Shown in pieces: positions 25,195-39,167 of a stretch of 64,000 nucleotides of DNA; the stretch's first letter is position 1; each line of letters begins with the position of its first letter. This DNA is from Epiperipatus broadwayi (taxonomy: Eukaryota > Animalia > Onychophora), in assembly GCA_028023455.1 (NCBI GenBank), contig JAQFVV010000001.1, positions 7,006,001 through 7,070,000 of the forward strand, given 5' to 3'. The translations under genes were made by a program, and so were the position numbers. Under the pieces are notes generated by a model that made no database searches, was not told where the DNA came from, and saw nothing but the letters and a program-made list of their open reading frames with translations.

Positions 25195-28100
25195 TAATTT
25201 AAGGTTTAGTTTAAAACTAAAATTTAATTTGTATGTAAATGAGTCAACTTGTCTAGTTTTATTCATCTAATAGGATTGCTGGATAGAAACCAGTGTAAAT
25301 AAGTAACTCATATATGTCTAGATGGATAATAACAGGGTAATAAATGGTTATAACAGGTTAAGTTATGTTATAACAGGTTATGTAATATAACAAGGATTCA
25401 TAAAAAATAAATTATAAAATTAAATTTTAAATAATATTATTTTTCTCTAAAATTTTAAAAATATAAAGGATTAATTACTATTGGCACATAATGTGTGAAT
25501 AGAAAAACTACTATTCTCTATCAGGAAATCTACTCAAAAGCTTAATTCAAACTTTGTCAGTAATTTATGGAATGCAGATTTAGCTTATTAAACATTGAAG
25601 GAAGGATGGCCAAATGTTGAAGATTTTGCCATGATATATTCACATTGAATTTACGTAAGAATTTTAATATTGTTTCATATAGTGTATTTCAAGAAAGTGA
25701 ACATTTATATTCTAGAAATATATTTAATGTAGTACAATTAATTTATTGAAGAAAGAGACAATTTTGAAAAGACAGTATTCTGATAATAAATTATAAAAAA
25801 AAGTACATTTTCCATTTAAATTGTCAAGACAGAGATGAAATGATATTATATATTTAAAATATTTTTCATATTATAAATAAGAATGCAATTTTAATATAAT
25901 AATTTGTCTTTAAAATGAATAAATGAATTTGTCATTATAACAAGATATTTTGAAGACAAACTGAAATATAATTAATGAATATTGAATACATAATTTGAAT
26001 CTTCTGAAATAGTAAAGGAATCCCCATTGTTTTAGCTATCTGAAGAAAAAAAAAAGCTTTATTGAGAAATATAATTTTCATGATAAATAAATCACAAATA
26101 TGTGGAAATGAAATATTTATTTACATTATTAAACATATCTACTGTAAAAATATTAAATAAATAATAATGTTGGTGCTTTTCTTGGAAATATAAAAATACA
26201 AGCCTGGGATACATCTACCTAAAATTTGATGCATATGCCACTGCAAAAAAAAACAACTTGGAAATACGTACATTATCGGAAAATATTTTACTTGCCAAAA
26301 ATGAACTTAAAATGCTTCTTTTAAGAAATTATTGTCAATTTGGAAGATATACAGAAAAAGACAAGATTAACAGTATTTTGCTTTGATTTTGAAGGATTTT
26401 AAATTTCTATTTTTGTGTTTTATAAATCTATGCCACGCAAAATGAAAGAGAGGGAAAACATTGTTCAAAGACTTGAAGTGTGTTGCCTAGCGACTGTGGA
26501 GGAGGTGATTTATCTCCAATGTTTTTTTGTATGGGAGCCAAGAAGAGAATTTTTTGTAAATTTAAACTTTATTGGTAGTTTATTTTTTTAAAAAACTGAA
26601 CATTAATATTTTGAAATACTGTTATTTATTTCTTTATTTAAGATTTAAACTAACATAGATATTTGTTTCATAGCTTAATCTTATAGAATAGATTAATATT
26701 TTAATAATATTATGAAAGCTAAAAAACAATTTATAGAATAATAATTTTGATGGGTGAATTTATTATAATTTGTTTATGGATAGCTGAACAAGAGGACACT
26801 GATATGTGGTCTGCATAATTATATTGATCACATGATAATTTTTTTTTTTATTATTATATGATATGTTGCTTAATAATTTTTTTTATTGCTTGGAATTTAA
26901 TATATTTTAATTGATGAATGGATTTAGGGAAGACATATTATTACATATAATTTTACTTAAGGATATAGTAAACATGAAAGTGTATAAATATGCATAAGTT
27001 TAGGATAGCTTCATTTATAAATATAGTAATTATTTATAATATTATTTGCAAATAAAGCAACATAATATTAATATTTGACATGAATGATATATTGAATAAA
27101 TGGATATATGAATCTTATTATTGAATTTTGTCAAAATTATTTGTATTGTAGTGAAACTTATATTTTTGAAACCGTTCCTGAAAAGTATGCAGATTTTTTA
27201 ATGGATTTTTAAGATGATAGTTTATAGATTATTTAGTAATGTTGTTTTGCTTATTTTTATGTTATTGATTGTATAAATCAGTAGATGGAATTGTATGTTT
27301 TGTGAACATGGGAGTAGATAGGAAACGCTGAATTATATAGGATATGTGAAAATGATGAATATCAGCATATATTTTGAATTTATTCACTAATACAGATAAC
27401 GTAGTACTGTATTATATTTTTGTGGACAGTGTCATTTATTTGTTGTTGTCAGTAAGTAAGAAAGCCATGACATGATTTTTCTCAGATACTTGACTAAGTC
27501 ATACCTAATAGTTTTACACTGTTTTTCCATGTGAATTTTCTTATTCTATTGAGTTGTTACTCTAGTTTTTTTCCTTCACATTCTGTATTTTATCACTATC
27601 AAATTTTCCTGTGTATTTGCATCATGTAGCTTAGCATTAAGAAAGTGAAGTAATGGATAAACTTTGAAAGTTGGATTGTTTAAGATAAGAGCAAGATAGA
27701 TTTAAATAAGTATTTTTACAAGTGATGTTGAAATAAGTAACATTTAGTATAAAAGATATAAAAGGAATGATTAATATTCCTCAAATTTAGAATTTCAATG
27801 ATTTAAAATTGATAAGTTTTTGAGCAAATGCATATTTTACCATGAATGAATGGTGAAAGATTAAGAGAAATGTCTGAATGTTTATTTTTAACTTATGTAA
27901 ATATACAATTGTCTGAAGGTGATACTAAACAATATAATTTATTACATGATTTTTTTTCTTTCTTATAACATAATGTCAGACCAAAATATACCCACAAAAG
28001 AGTTAAGTTAACTAAGATATATCACATAGCAATTTAAAGATCTTTTATATATTTTTTAAATCTGAATTAGAGAAACAATATTTCTCTTATTAAACTGGAA

Positions 28101-31100
28101 AGCTAAATTTTCGTAATATAATTTTGAACATATGAACATTCTTGAATTTTATGTTGATATTTTTTTTTTATGATATGTAAACTTGATTTAAACTTTAATA
28201 TAACTGGAGTGAAGGCTAATATATTTTTTTATATTTATCTTATTTTGATTTATTATACATATTGTATTTATTACTTGTAAGATTTTGTATATAATATTTT
28301 ATTTTCATAGTCAATATTGTAAATTAATTATAAAAAATTTATAATCTTATGTAAAGTTATATAATTTTTAAATCAAAATAAATTTGTTAATGTTTTGAAT
28401 GAAACTTCCTTGTCAAGTATTATTTTTATTGATTTCTTCATCTTCACAATCCACAGAAATTAAACAAGTCATATGATGTGTTTGCGTATTATAAATTATT
28501 TAGAGGGCTATTGTTAATCTTTTTTAATATTATTTATAATCATAGCTGACTACCTAAAATGATTTAATACGAATTGAGCATATTTTCATATTGTTACTTT
28601 ATTCAGATTACATTGTATTTTTCAAATATCACATAAGTAAATCAAGTTTGCATAATGTTTAGGATTATTAATATTATATTATATTTTATTATTAAATACT
28701 GAGCATAAAAATAAGGTACTAATAAAATTAATTGTAGGAATACTTCATTTGTTATTATTGTTGCTATTATTATTATTTATAGGGGTAGTTAAATATAATG
28801 TAAAATCATTCATCATATTTAACTACAGGATTTTAAATTGATTCGTTTATTTTATATTTAAAGAACCTGAGATTATATTTTAAAGATAGAGATTTATTTA
28901 TTAGTATTATGTTGAAATTATTTAGGGTATTTCAAAGATGTAGGAATATTATGTAGTTGTGTTACTATGTGAATTTAGTAGGGTAGCATTCTTATACTAT
29001 TGAGGATATATCTTTTGGGATGTGTTCTCAATGTTTGCCATCCATTCTACCTTGCTAAATGTCTCATGATTATTATTTATTATAATCGAACTACATATTT
29101 TAGAATTATAAAGTATGGGCTAGTTTAAAGATAGGTATTTATATTTGAATACTTATTTTATTTATTTCTTATATTTATTAAATAAGAGCTAGCTGGAAGA
29201 TATTATTAGATACCATTTTATTATTAGGATGTCAGTTAGCAAGGGTACAATATATTGCCAGAGAATATTTAATAATGACAAAAGTAATATTTTACTATTT
29301 ATTTTGAAAATACAAATATTGTAATCGGGGAGGGGGGATTTCTTATTATTTTTATTATTTGGGTAATGCATGAATGAACACATTTCTCAGTAAAATATAT
29401 GTAAATATATCCCCTCAATTTATTATTAATAACTTTTTTTTTTATTTTGTTTATAATATAATCTTAATTTATATATGTGTTCTATACATATAAAAAAATG
29501 TCCATGTGTGTGTTAAAAACTACGGTATATTTACAGTTTAAGCTTTGGAAGAAAATATAGCATAATTCCAGCTTCACTATAATATAAATCTGTCAAGAAA
29601 TTTGCACCTATAAAATTAAATATCACTCCATCTGACTGTTGCATTTTAATGTCTGTTTCATAAAATTGCCTATAAGCTTCAAACCCATTTATAATAAAAA
29701 TGGAAAACATTAGAATTAGTACCCATTTATCTTTAACATTAATTTTCATTTTAAATATCTTTTTTACCCTATCAGTAATAATAGATTCCTTTTATATACA
29801 ATTATATAAAAATATAATATGAATAAACTTTCAATTATATGTTTCAAATATTGCCACAAACTTTGACCAAATTATTAAAAAGTAATAAATCAATTGCATT
29901 ACACTTTTCTTGCATTTGTCTAGAAACAAAAAGCTATGTCGGTGCTTCTTGATTTTTTAAAACCATGCTACTAAGTGTTTAAAAGCCATTCATTTAGATG
30001 GAAGCATCCTAGCAATAAAATCATTGAAAGTATTTTTGCTGTTGTGGATAATAATATTCCATAATTATTACTGCAGTCTGTTATGTCTCTTTATATATAT
30101 TGAAACAATAAAAAAAATCCTTAAGATCATATGGCATGTCTTTATTGATTAAAAAACAATAATTGAATGATCAGTCACTCAGGAGATTATGGTATTTTTA
30201 AACATCAGACATGTCAGGTTCAACTTTGATCCTGAATCTATTATTGTATAAAGTATTTTTGTGATTTTATGAAACCCTACCAAATTCTGGTCATTTTAGA
30301 GAGGAATGAACTATATTTTACAACTTTTCCAGGAAATCCATCAAGATCTGCAGCCTTTCCATTTTAAGATAAAAATTGCTGTTTAATCTTATCAAGCTGA
30401 ATAATTGGTTTACTTGGATTATGATAATATTTTTCTGGTTTGTATGCTTTTTTCAGCATGTTATAAATAATAGAACCATTTTAACTTAACTTGTCAGGAT
30501 TTTTCTTTGTAATAAATGTAAGAATAAATCTACTTATACTCTTTAAAAGAGTTCCATGCCTCACTAACATTAATTGGCTTAAAAATCCAAATTACATTTT
30601 AACATTCAATGAATAACAGTTATTTCTAAAAAAAAAAAAAAAATTTATATTTCCAGCAATGTTAACTGCATGAACCTTAATCTTGCTAGCATTAAAAATT
30701 AGGTCAACATTTCGAATGTTCAATTTTCTGAAGAAGCTTATAAAATTTTTAATAATGGATCTAGATTTTTAGGCAGTGAATGATGCTATCCTGAAATGGA
30801 AATAGTCACTGATTTTGAATCTAAATATGAATAATGCAGAGAAATCAAGTCATAGAAAAGATGTCCATTATTTTGAAATATATATCTAAAGCTAATATTA
30901 AAAAATTCTAGTCTCATAATATTAAGTGTATTAGAAATTTTATTACAAAGAAAAACCTCATTTGCCTAAACAAAGATAAGAGCAATAAGCTCATGCTTTT
31001 AAAATGGCAAGAGTTTGACTTGAAAATTAGTCAGTAAATTGATAGCATGCATTTTACCAAAATAAAAGATTATAATTTAAAGACTAGAAAAAATATATTT

Positions 31101-31129
31101 GTTGCTTTAATTCTTTGAAAACATCGAGG

Positions 31130-32460
31130 TAAAGCATTGTCAAGCTCTGATTACTATAAAATATATTCATCTGCTGTCATTGTTCCTATAATATTTGCAA
31201 ATATAAAGTTTCACAAGGAAAATTTCCCTCTTCACCTTCTTCTTCACTTTGGTGGATTGTACTTTTATTATGTAGCTAAGCTTATTGCCTTTTGGCTCTT
31301 AGATGATCTTGGTTTTGGTTCACACATTTGAAATCTTTGTATAAATTTATTGAAAAAATTCAAAACTGATAATAGCTGCAAAATTCCCTTTCTTCACATA
31401 AAAGAATTGTGTGGATCTGTCCTTCATTATGAATCTATTAATATCACAGATTTTTTGTAGCAAGTCAATTATATCATCGAGAAAAAAAACTTTTATAAAC
31501 ACATTAAATTGGATTAGTGGTGAAATAATCGCATCAATAAACCACAAAACATATAAAAATGAATCAAGGCTGGCATATGGGACTCCCATTCAGTGGGGTT
31601 GTCTGTAGTCTGTACTTGTCCAAATTTTCCAATTTAATTCCAAAATTTGAATGTCTGTTGAACACAATCTTATATTCAGATACCAAGTAGATACTTTTGT
31701 ATGTGCAAATGAAGAAACTATTAGTAAAATTCATATTGAATTAGCATCTGCAAACTCTCTAACTTGGACCATCATCAGACAGAACAATGTTTTAGACTAT
31801 AGGATGATTTTAAAACCATTAAATGTAAGAAGTACCATATATCCTAGGTCTAATACATCCTTCCATAAAAATGCTGATCTAAAGGAAAGCTGTGCAATTT
31901 CAAGGCTGATCAGAGAAGAAATAAACACCAATATATACATTAAAGACCTAATAAACATTGGATACAATTCTAAAAAAATAACCACAATTATCGCAAATTT
32001 TTATAACAATATCTTGCACCCTACAAACATTCAACCTGATAATAAAAAATGGTCTAGTCTCCCTTATAATTCAAATCTCACACACAAATTAAAAAACATT
32101 TGTACTAATAAATGCAATATCAGTTTTCTTTCACCTTCATTTTTAAATAAATTAGTAAATAATTCAAAAGACAAAATAATTAGAGAGGCTTCACATCAAA
32201 TTGCATACAAAATTAATTGCAAAGAACCTTAATTGCTTGAAGTCTTATTATAGTGAAGCCCGAGCTAACTTATCTACAAGACTTGCCCAGCATAAATATC
32301 TATACAATTAGGCCAAGAAAAGTTATGAATACTCTTCCGTTTTCTTGGATCATGAGTTGCAATCAGACTATAACTTTGATTCTCTCTATGACTGACTTTA
32401 TTTGTTCTGAGAGAGATAACAGAAAGAGAAAGGTGAAGAGGTGTGGTCAATAGCTAAAGA
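31130..32460 (+). mobile_element. Penelope-like retroelement remnant (RT + GIY-YIG endonuclease)
   Basis: ANIKFHKENFPL...YYVAKL (resembles PKIHK...PLRP...Y.LAK.L); QGWHMGLPFSG (G..MGSPLS); RYQVDTF (RYVDD); KWSSLPY; YKINC...CLKSYYSEARANLSTRLAQH (GIY-YIG-like). Frameshifted. Confidence 0.85.
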
Positions 32461-34094
32461 TCATCACACCATTCATTAAAAGTCTCTAGCATCCCTCTTT
32501 CTAAAAAATGGCGATTGTAGTGACTCCTTTAGTCATTAATATGCAAATCTATTCCTAAAAATTCAGTTTTATGACAATCTATTATTTAATATTTAAAAGT
32601 AAATTTAAATCTAGATCTCAACTTCCTTTAGTCACATAATGCTATGTTTGTGATATTACTCATATTGAAAATTTTCAACTTTAAATAAATTTTCTTTATT
32701 ACAAATTCAAAACTTGTGTTGTTTAAAATATTTTTAACATTTTCTGAACAATTTCAATTGTCATTTAAACCTTAGGGTCTACTATTTTATTATGTCTAAA
32801 AATTTGTATTTATAGTGCAATCAATAAGATGTCATTATTTTGAATGTGGAAACATTTAAACCTCCTTAATGTATTTTTTTTACTAAATAAAATACTTGTA
32901 ATTATTTTATATGTTCTACAACAATTTAATAATAACAAACCAAGTTCATAAAGCCAATACTGTTAATTCCAATAACTTTGTTTGATAATTTGTTTCTACT
33001 AGCATTTACATTACAAACTCTAAACAAAAAAAATTTAATGTTTTACTGATATCGATGCAATAACATTATCAAATAAGGAATAATCATTTTCTTTCTCTAA
33101 ATTTTTTTCACTTTAAAGGTTTGGGGAAAAGAATCGATGCAGATGCTATGGTACAAACAAATTTTTAATATATTTAGCCTTTTCTTATTGCAGTTAGAAA
33201 TTCCAGAAGTAGGGGATATCACTTTAGATATCACAACACATTTAACATAGTGTGTCACTTTTTGTTTGATTTACTGTCCTTTTCAAAAAATGTATGACCA
33301 TCAAAATGCTCAATTATATATTTTCTCATAAGTTGCATTTTCCATTAACTTGGAAAATTTCAAACATACCTTTGTCTGTGCGTGTATATATATATACATT
33401 TAATAAAATAGATTTATAACCTAGTTGCTATTTAAATGCATCAATTAAGCATAACAGATGTTTAATTTTAAAATATACAAAATGTTTATAAAAGAATAAA
33501 AAGATTATTTTTTGGTATATTGGTTTATCATTAATTCTACACATCCTATTGACATTTTAATTAATATGTGGTGTGAACCATGATAATTGGTTATTCAGAG
33601 TTATAAATATATTCCTTTATAAAAGAGAATGACCAAAGAATATTGCATCAAGTTTTGTAAAGTTAACAAGTTGATACATTTTGATAGGTAAGTCATCTGT
33701 TTGCTTTGGTCAAGTGGATACTGATATCTACTTTGATAGATAATTGCATCCATTCTGGTTGAAAGGAAAATCTTTGATATCAATGTGTCTCTAAATTACA
33801 TAATTATCTTGACTAATTTTTATTGGAGACTTTATATCAGCTAAACTAGCAAACATTTATTATATAGTTTCATGGTTACTTTGAGGAAAATATTGACAAT
33901 TGCAATATATCAACTAATTTGTAATAATGTTCTATTTAATTACTAGTAACAAATTTTGTTTTTTATGGTTAAATTTAACTTAATAAGTATGGCCTGAGCA
34001 TTCTTCAGAAATATTGTGAAAATATTATTCCTTATTAAATCCACATTTGCTTCCAGGCCTTGATGCAGACTCAAAATTGACAAATAATAATAAA

Positions 34095-34375
34095 ACCATA
34101 TACAATAGGCATTCAGCTGGATTGGAAGACATATAAATGTCTGAAAATTTCAGATTTTCTACTTAATAAATATCCATTAGATAAAGTGTTGGGCTTTGTC
34201 CTGGTATTTTTAATCTAATGCTTGAATATCCCAGCATCTCACTGAGAAAGTCAGTAGCAGAAACCAGTCTGGGGTTGGAGATATTTTGAAAGCTTGTTAA
34301 GAGCTCATTTGCAAGCTCTAAATATAACATTTGTAATACAAGCTTGTTAAATTAGGTCATGTGACTTGATTCCTT
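34095..34375 (+). repeat. Family C copy with a decayed hammerhead-like segment (34236-34282)
   Basis: Similar to 9300-9640; contains atctca-CTGAGAA-agtcagtagca-GAAAC-cagtctgg-ggtt-ggagat. Confidence 0.6.
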
Positions 34376-34411
34376 GGTAATTTCAACAGGTATATATATA
34401 TATTTAAATAA

Positions 34412-34690
34412 AAAGCCAATAAGCATCACATAACCACCACCTCTTATGCTTGTGCATAACTTGTTAAAACAGGCAAAACTCACTATATATATCACCACAC
34501 ACAGCAAGCTTGAGTAATCAATGGATGCCAGAAGGCTTGTGATGAAGGCCATAAGCCAGAAACTAGTCTGGGGATATTGGATGAGTAGGCACTAGATGGG
34601 GATTTTATGCGCAAGCCTTCTGGCATTCATTGATTACTCTATCTTGCTGTGTGTGGCAATATATATAGTGAGTGAGTTTTGCCTATTTAA
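34412..34690 (-). mobile_element. Family A copy (subfamily with TA/CA microsatellite-like arm)
   Basis: Tail on the left; inverted repeats 34464-34540 / ~34612-34690; 11-bp direct repeat tatttaaataa at 34401-34411 and 34684-34694. Confidence 0.85.
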
Positions 34691-34732
34691 ATAATAAGTA
34701 TAATAATGTTCAAGGCTAAATGGGTTTATAAG

Positions 34733-34904
34733 TAACCATTAGAAACTAGTCAACATTCAGACAATCTCATTATAGATAACAATCTCAAACTGTTGTTAAG
34801 ACAATTCCATCTTTATTGTTAAAAGGAAGTTGCCTTGCCAACAGTTTTTGTTGATTGCTATCCATAATGGAATTGTCTAAGTGTTGACTGTTTTCTAACA
34901 GTTA
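34733..34904. repeat. Small fold-back repeat (MITE-like)
   Basis: taaccattagaaactagtcaacattcagacaat... pairs with ...attgtctaagtgttgactgttttctaacagtta; inner aaactgttg/caacagttt. Confidence 0.65.
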
Positions 34905-36049
34905 TATATATATATAGTATGTATATATCTATATTACAATTTTATTTTAAAAAACATTAAGAAATCAAGAACAATTAATAAAAAATTAAATTATAATTAG
35001 CAATTATGCATTAAAGTTTATATATTTTTTTAAAAATTAAAAGATAAACTTTTAATCTTTTTTTATCTATTAATAAATGAAAAGATGTCTTTCTTTTTTT
35101 AAATGGAAATCCCTCTGTTATTTATTTTAAAAATACAAATACACTTTTCTGTAAAATTTTTATTGTGATGAAGTGGAAAAATTATGTGACATTAGATCAA
35201 AAAATTCAGGCTAGATTACTCAAAAAAATTATAATAGCTAATATTTACTTGTAATATTTTGTTTTCACAGTGCCAGCAGTAGTTTAGGCAAAAATTATGA
35301 ATTTTGCAACATTAAAAACTGAATCGCTTTCATTAGTTATCACAATGATAATCTTTCCCAAATACATATGCTTTTATTATCTCAGGGAATTAAGGTATTT
35401 GAAGGGCTATAATAAGAAGTTACTTAGTTATAAAATATCTAACTGAATTAAAAATGAATTTTGCTGTGTTCATGAATATGGAGTTCATTTCAGGCATCAG
35501 GCTAACATTTCCACTGGATCAATTTTTAAGGAAAAATAGATTATCAAATATCTCCGAAGATGTAAATTCTAGTAATTGTTATCTCCTCATGCTTAATATT
35601 GTGAAACTATTCTCTCTCAATTATTAACATTTACTTCTTATTAATCATTTGGACATTTTCTGTTTATGTAATAAATTTATGTAGTAATTTCCACCTTGCT
35701 GAAATATGCTTTCTACTATAATCAAGTAAATTAATACCCTTTTAAAGGTATTATTTATACACCCCTCCCACCCACCCAAAAAAAATCTAGCCCAAAATAA
35801 TGAAATTAATATGTAATCTAGTACAAAGTCAATTTCAATTTGGTGATTTCTTTAAAATCCTTAAATCCATGCAATGGATGTGGAGCCATAGTTTTCATCA
35901 TTTTTTTTTTATTCTTTCAAATCTTTGTTTCCCTTTACAATTATTTGCTTTCAATAATCATCAAACTTGGATATTTCTAAAATGTTGGATAATATTATCA
36001 ATGCTTGCACATAATGTGCACATTATTTTAATGTAGAGGGACCAAAACA

Positions 36050-38580
36050 TTTCTTTTTTTTTATTATTATTAAAATTTAATTAAAATTTATTAGATACAA
36101 TTGAACATGTTTATCTATACATAGCTATACTCTTTTTACACTGTTGCAAGGCATTCACTCTGTAGAGCTTACTGTGGTCCGAGACTGGGGCCATGCCTCC
36201 TTCACTCTTCCCGAAGGATGACCCCAACACAGGTTTCACGAAAAATCCAGTCTGGAGCCAGCAGTCTATCTCTGCTCCTGAGCTGCTTGAGTAATTTGAT
36301 ATAGATGTTACAGACACCATGATTAGCATTTTCAAATATACACTTGCATCTGGATAGCCAGATTGCAAAGGTTAGAATAAAGGCGATTCTGATTTTCGAG
36401 AATATGCCACTCTTTATAGCCTTTTGAATGTCTAAAACTTCTCTAATGTCGAGCGACACATTTTTGTTAATAAAGGATCTGATCAGCTTGAGAAAAGGGC
36501 AGAAATACAGGAGATAATGAATTGTCTCATCTGCTGTGGCACATAGTTGGCATTGAGGGTTGACCTTGCTAAACCCTCTTTTCCATACCAGAAAATAATT
36601 TGTTGGCAGGGAGGAGAGGTTGATCTTTAGCAGAAAGTCAATGTATTTTGGTTCTAAGAATCAATTTTTTGATTTTGCTATGCGTTGTTTAACTCTAGAT
36701 CATTCTGTAGAATTGTTTGATTGGTGTATATAAGTTTGTATGTTTGCCAATACGTCTTTTTTTTCTTCTATTGTATGGTATGTTATGTTGTCTGCATTTC
36801 TGACATAAGTCCATATATCCGTCATCCATTTTCTGGTGAGCGGAGGTGTGTCTGTGGGCTCCACTGTCAGTGTAAGGTTTAGATTTGTTTGATCAAGGCT
36901 GGCCACACGCAGCACTCCCAGAGCCTTTTGGAGGTACAGGATGGACACTGAATGTAAGCTGAGCCCATTTATTCTTTGGGCATTTGAGCTTTAGCCATGC
37001 TTATGGCCACAACTTTGCCATTCCAAAGCAGCCTAGAGCATAATGAGTTCATTGATCGTTCAAACATTTTTGTGGGTTTTATGAATGGCAGGTAGTAGCT
37101 TAGTCCCGGGTAGACTAGCATGTTGAGTAAGGCAACTTTTCCGGGTAGTGATATTGAAATTCTTGACAGTGAGCTGACTACCTTTCTTGTTTTGTCTAAT
37201 AGTGAGTTCAAGATGTCCTTCGACATGGCTAATCTAGACTTGGCAATGGCAAAGCCCAGAAATGATTGTGGCTGGGCCATGAATATTGAGAGAATTGTTA
37301 TACCTGTTTGGATTTTCCAGATAGAAGATTTATTGTAGTTGACTTTAAGATTTAGTTTTTTGCATATTTGTTTATTATTTGTATTACAGTTTAAAGCTGG
37401 GATTTGTGAGGAATAAATATGGAAACATCATCAACATATGAGATGTGGTGAACTGTATGTTTCAGTTCTGGCACATATATGCCCAGCGTGTTGTTCTATT
37501 TCCAAGAGAAAGGGATTGAGGTATGTTAAGAAGCAGAGGGTATCCAAAGGGGATCCCTGTGGAATGGACAGGTGAGGTCTGAATCCCTCTGAAAGCTTTC
37601 CATCTAGAGAGGTAAATATCAATCTGTTGAACAGTAAATTGCCAATAATACAGATGTAAACATCTGGCACTTGATAATTATGGAGCATTTGTAGTAAGAT
37701 TGATGGAACTACGTTGTCAAATGCTAAGGAAAAGTCTAATTGAATAACTAACGGGTTTGATTTTCTTTGTAGTCTGACATTCGGAAAGTAGTATGAAGTG
37801 CTGGACCACATTATTGGTGGAGGCGCCTTTGCGGGCAAATTGATATTCGATGTGTCTATATATCTGTTCTTGTATGAGATCTTTAGCTATAGATTCTATT
37901 GTTTTAATGAGGAGTGGGATCATGGAAATTGGGCGTATGTTTATTAGCTTTGAGGAATTGATTTGTTTTTTTAAGAAAGGTACCAATGCGACCGGGTAGA
38001 GGTCAGGGATGTTCTGGAAGTCCCCGGCGAGGACATCAATCATTTTCCGGACTATCGGTGCAGTGTATTGGCTCAGATGCAGTAGCACAAATCTAGGGAT
38101 ACCAGGTAGTCCCAGGTGTGTGCTCTCTGGGTATTCTGTAACTTTTGTACTATTTGTGATTCGGTGATATTATGGTTAGGGTTTCTGTCCATGTTCCCCC
38201 CAAATGCTCCCAATCTCAAAATTATAATTTTGTAGCTCGCATTGAAAGTGGTTATGGATTTTGGAGAGCATTGCCAGACCACTATAGCTATGTTGATCTA
38301 TGGAAATTATCGAAGGTGTCGGCCTTTTGACAGCTCCCAATGCCCATCTGATGTAGCTGTGTGCCCAGTTATGTCAATTATTTAAGAAGATTTTGGATCT
38401 TTTGATGGCCACATATTGTACCAAGACTTTTTGTTTGTGATAGTATTGCAATTTAAGGGCCATGATGTCTTGGACAGTAGCGTCTGTATAAGAGAGTTCA
38501 CTTAGCCTATTAGTAATAATGTCTAGATCTTTTAGAAGCTGGTTGGGTCCTTTTGAAATATCATTCTGCTTTCTTTTTCA
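36050..38580 (-). mobile_element. 5'-truncated L1/Tx1-clade LINE (ORF2 remnant)
   Basis: IRPISMIPLLIK, LDFSLAFDNV, PQGSPL (RT); SLPGKVALL...LLWNGKVVAISMAKAQMPKE (L1-type post-RT region); CQLCATADET...FCP zinc finger; A-rich 3' end near 36050-36070; no endonuclease seen. Confidence 0.88.
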
Positions 38581-38949
38581 TCACCGATAGATTTGTACTA
38601 TAAGGAATATAATTTAATTATCAGAGTGTGTCATCTGTCTTGTTTGTATATTTTTGAAGGTTAAATTAGAAATGTAACAAAAACTAAGTGTGGCTTTCAT
38701 GATTAAATTAGATTGTTCAAAATATTCATAAAATGACTGAATTAACTTATTGGTATATAATATAGTAATTTATAAAATAACTGAATTAAATACTTCATTG
38801 AAATTTCTGCAGATCTCTATGTAAATGCAAATAGTGAAAAAAAATACGCCATATATTTAAATAAGATACTCAAAAATATGTTGTTAAAACTGTTTGTGGA
38901 TATGACTAATTATTTTAAAAGTACATTATTACTTTTTAATCTTCGTGTG

Positions 38950-39167
38950 TGTTTCTACGTTACAATAAACAAATGGTTTTATTGTAGATTAGTAAAAAAA
39001 TTCACCAGATGGCGTAAAAACATTTGCTTTCCTAATTCAGTCTACGAATAATTTCCTTTCAAGGCAATAGTCCGGCCGATGAATTTATTTTACAGTACTT
39101 CCTTTTGTTAATTTAATAATAATTTTTCGTGAGTTTAAGAAGTTCCTGACATTTTGCTGCTGAAGTA
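38950..39167 (+). promoter_or_regulatory. Putative ILK promoter / 5' UTR with a CTCF- or YY1-like motif at 39002-39015
   Basis: CpG-retaining region just upstream of the ATG; tcaccagatggcgt matches CCACCAGATGGCGC at 12/14 positions and contains AGATGGCG. Confidence 0.5.

Noticed and set aside
22420-28900. Third protein-coding gene suggested by splice-like sites (about 22497, 22558, 23750, 24081, 28830)
   Set aside because: The candidate exons stop quickly in all frames and give no recognisable peptide; a lncRNA cannot be excluded.
34742-34751. GAAACTAGTC as another hammerhead
   Set aside because: No upstream core or stem II, and the opposite arm of this small fold-back reads gaaaacagtc; likely coincidence.
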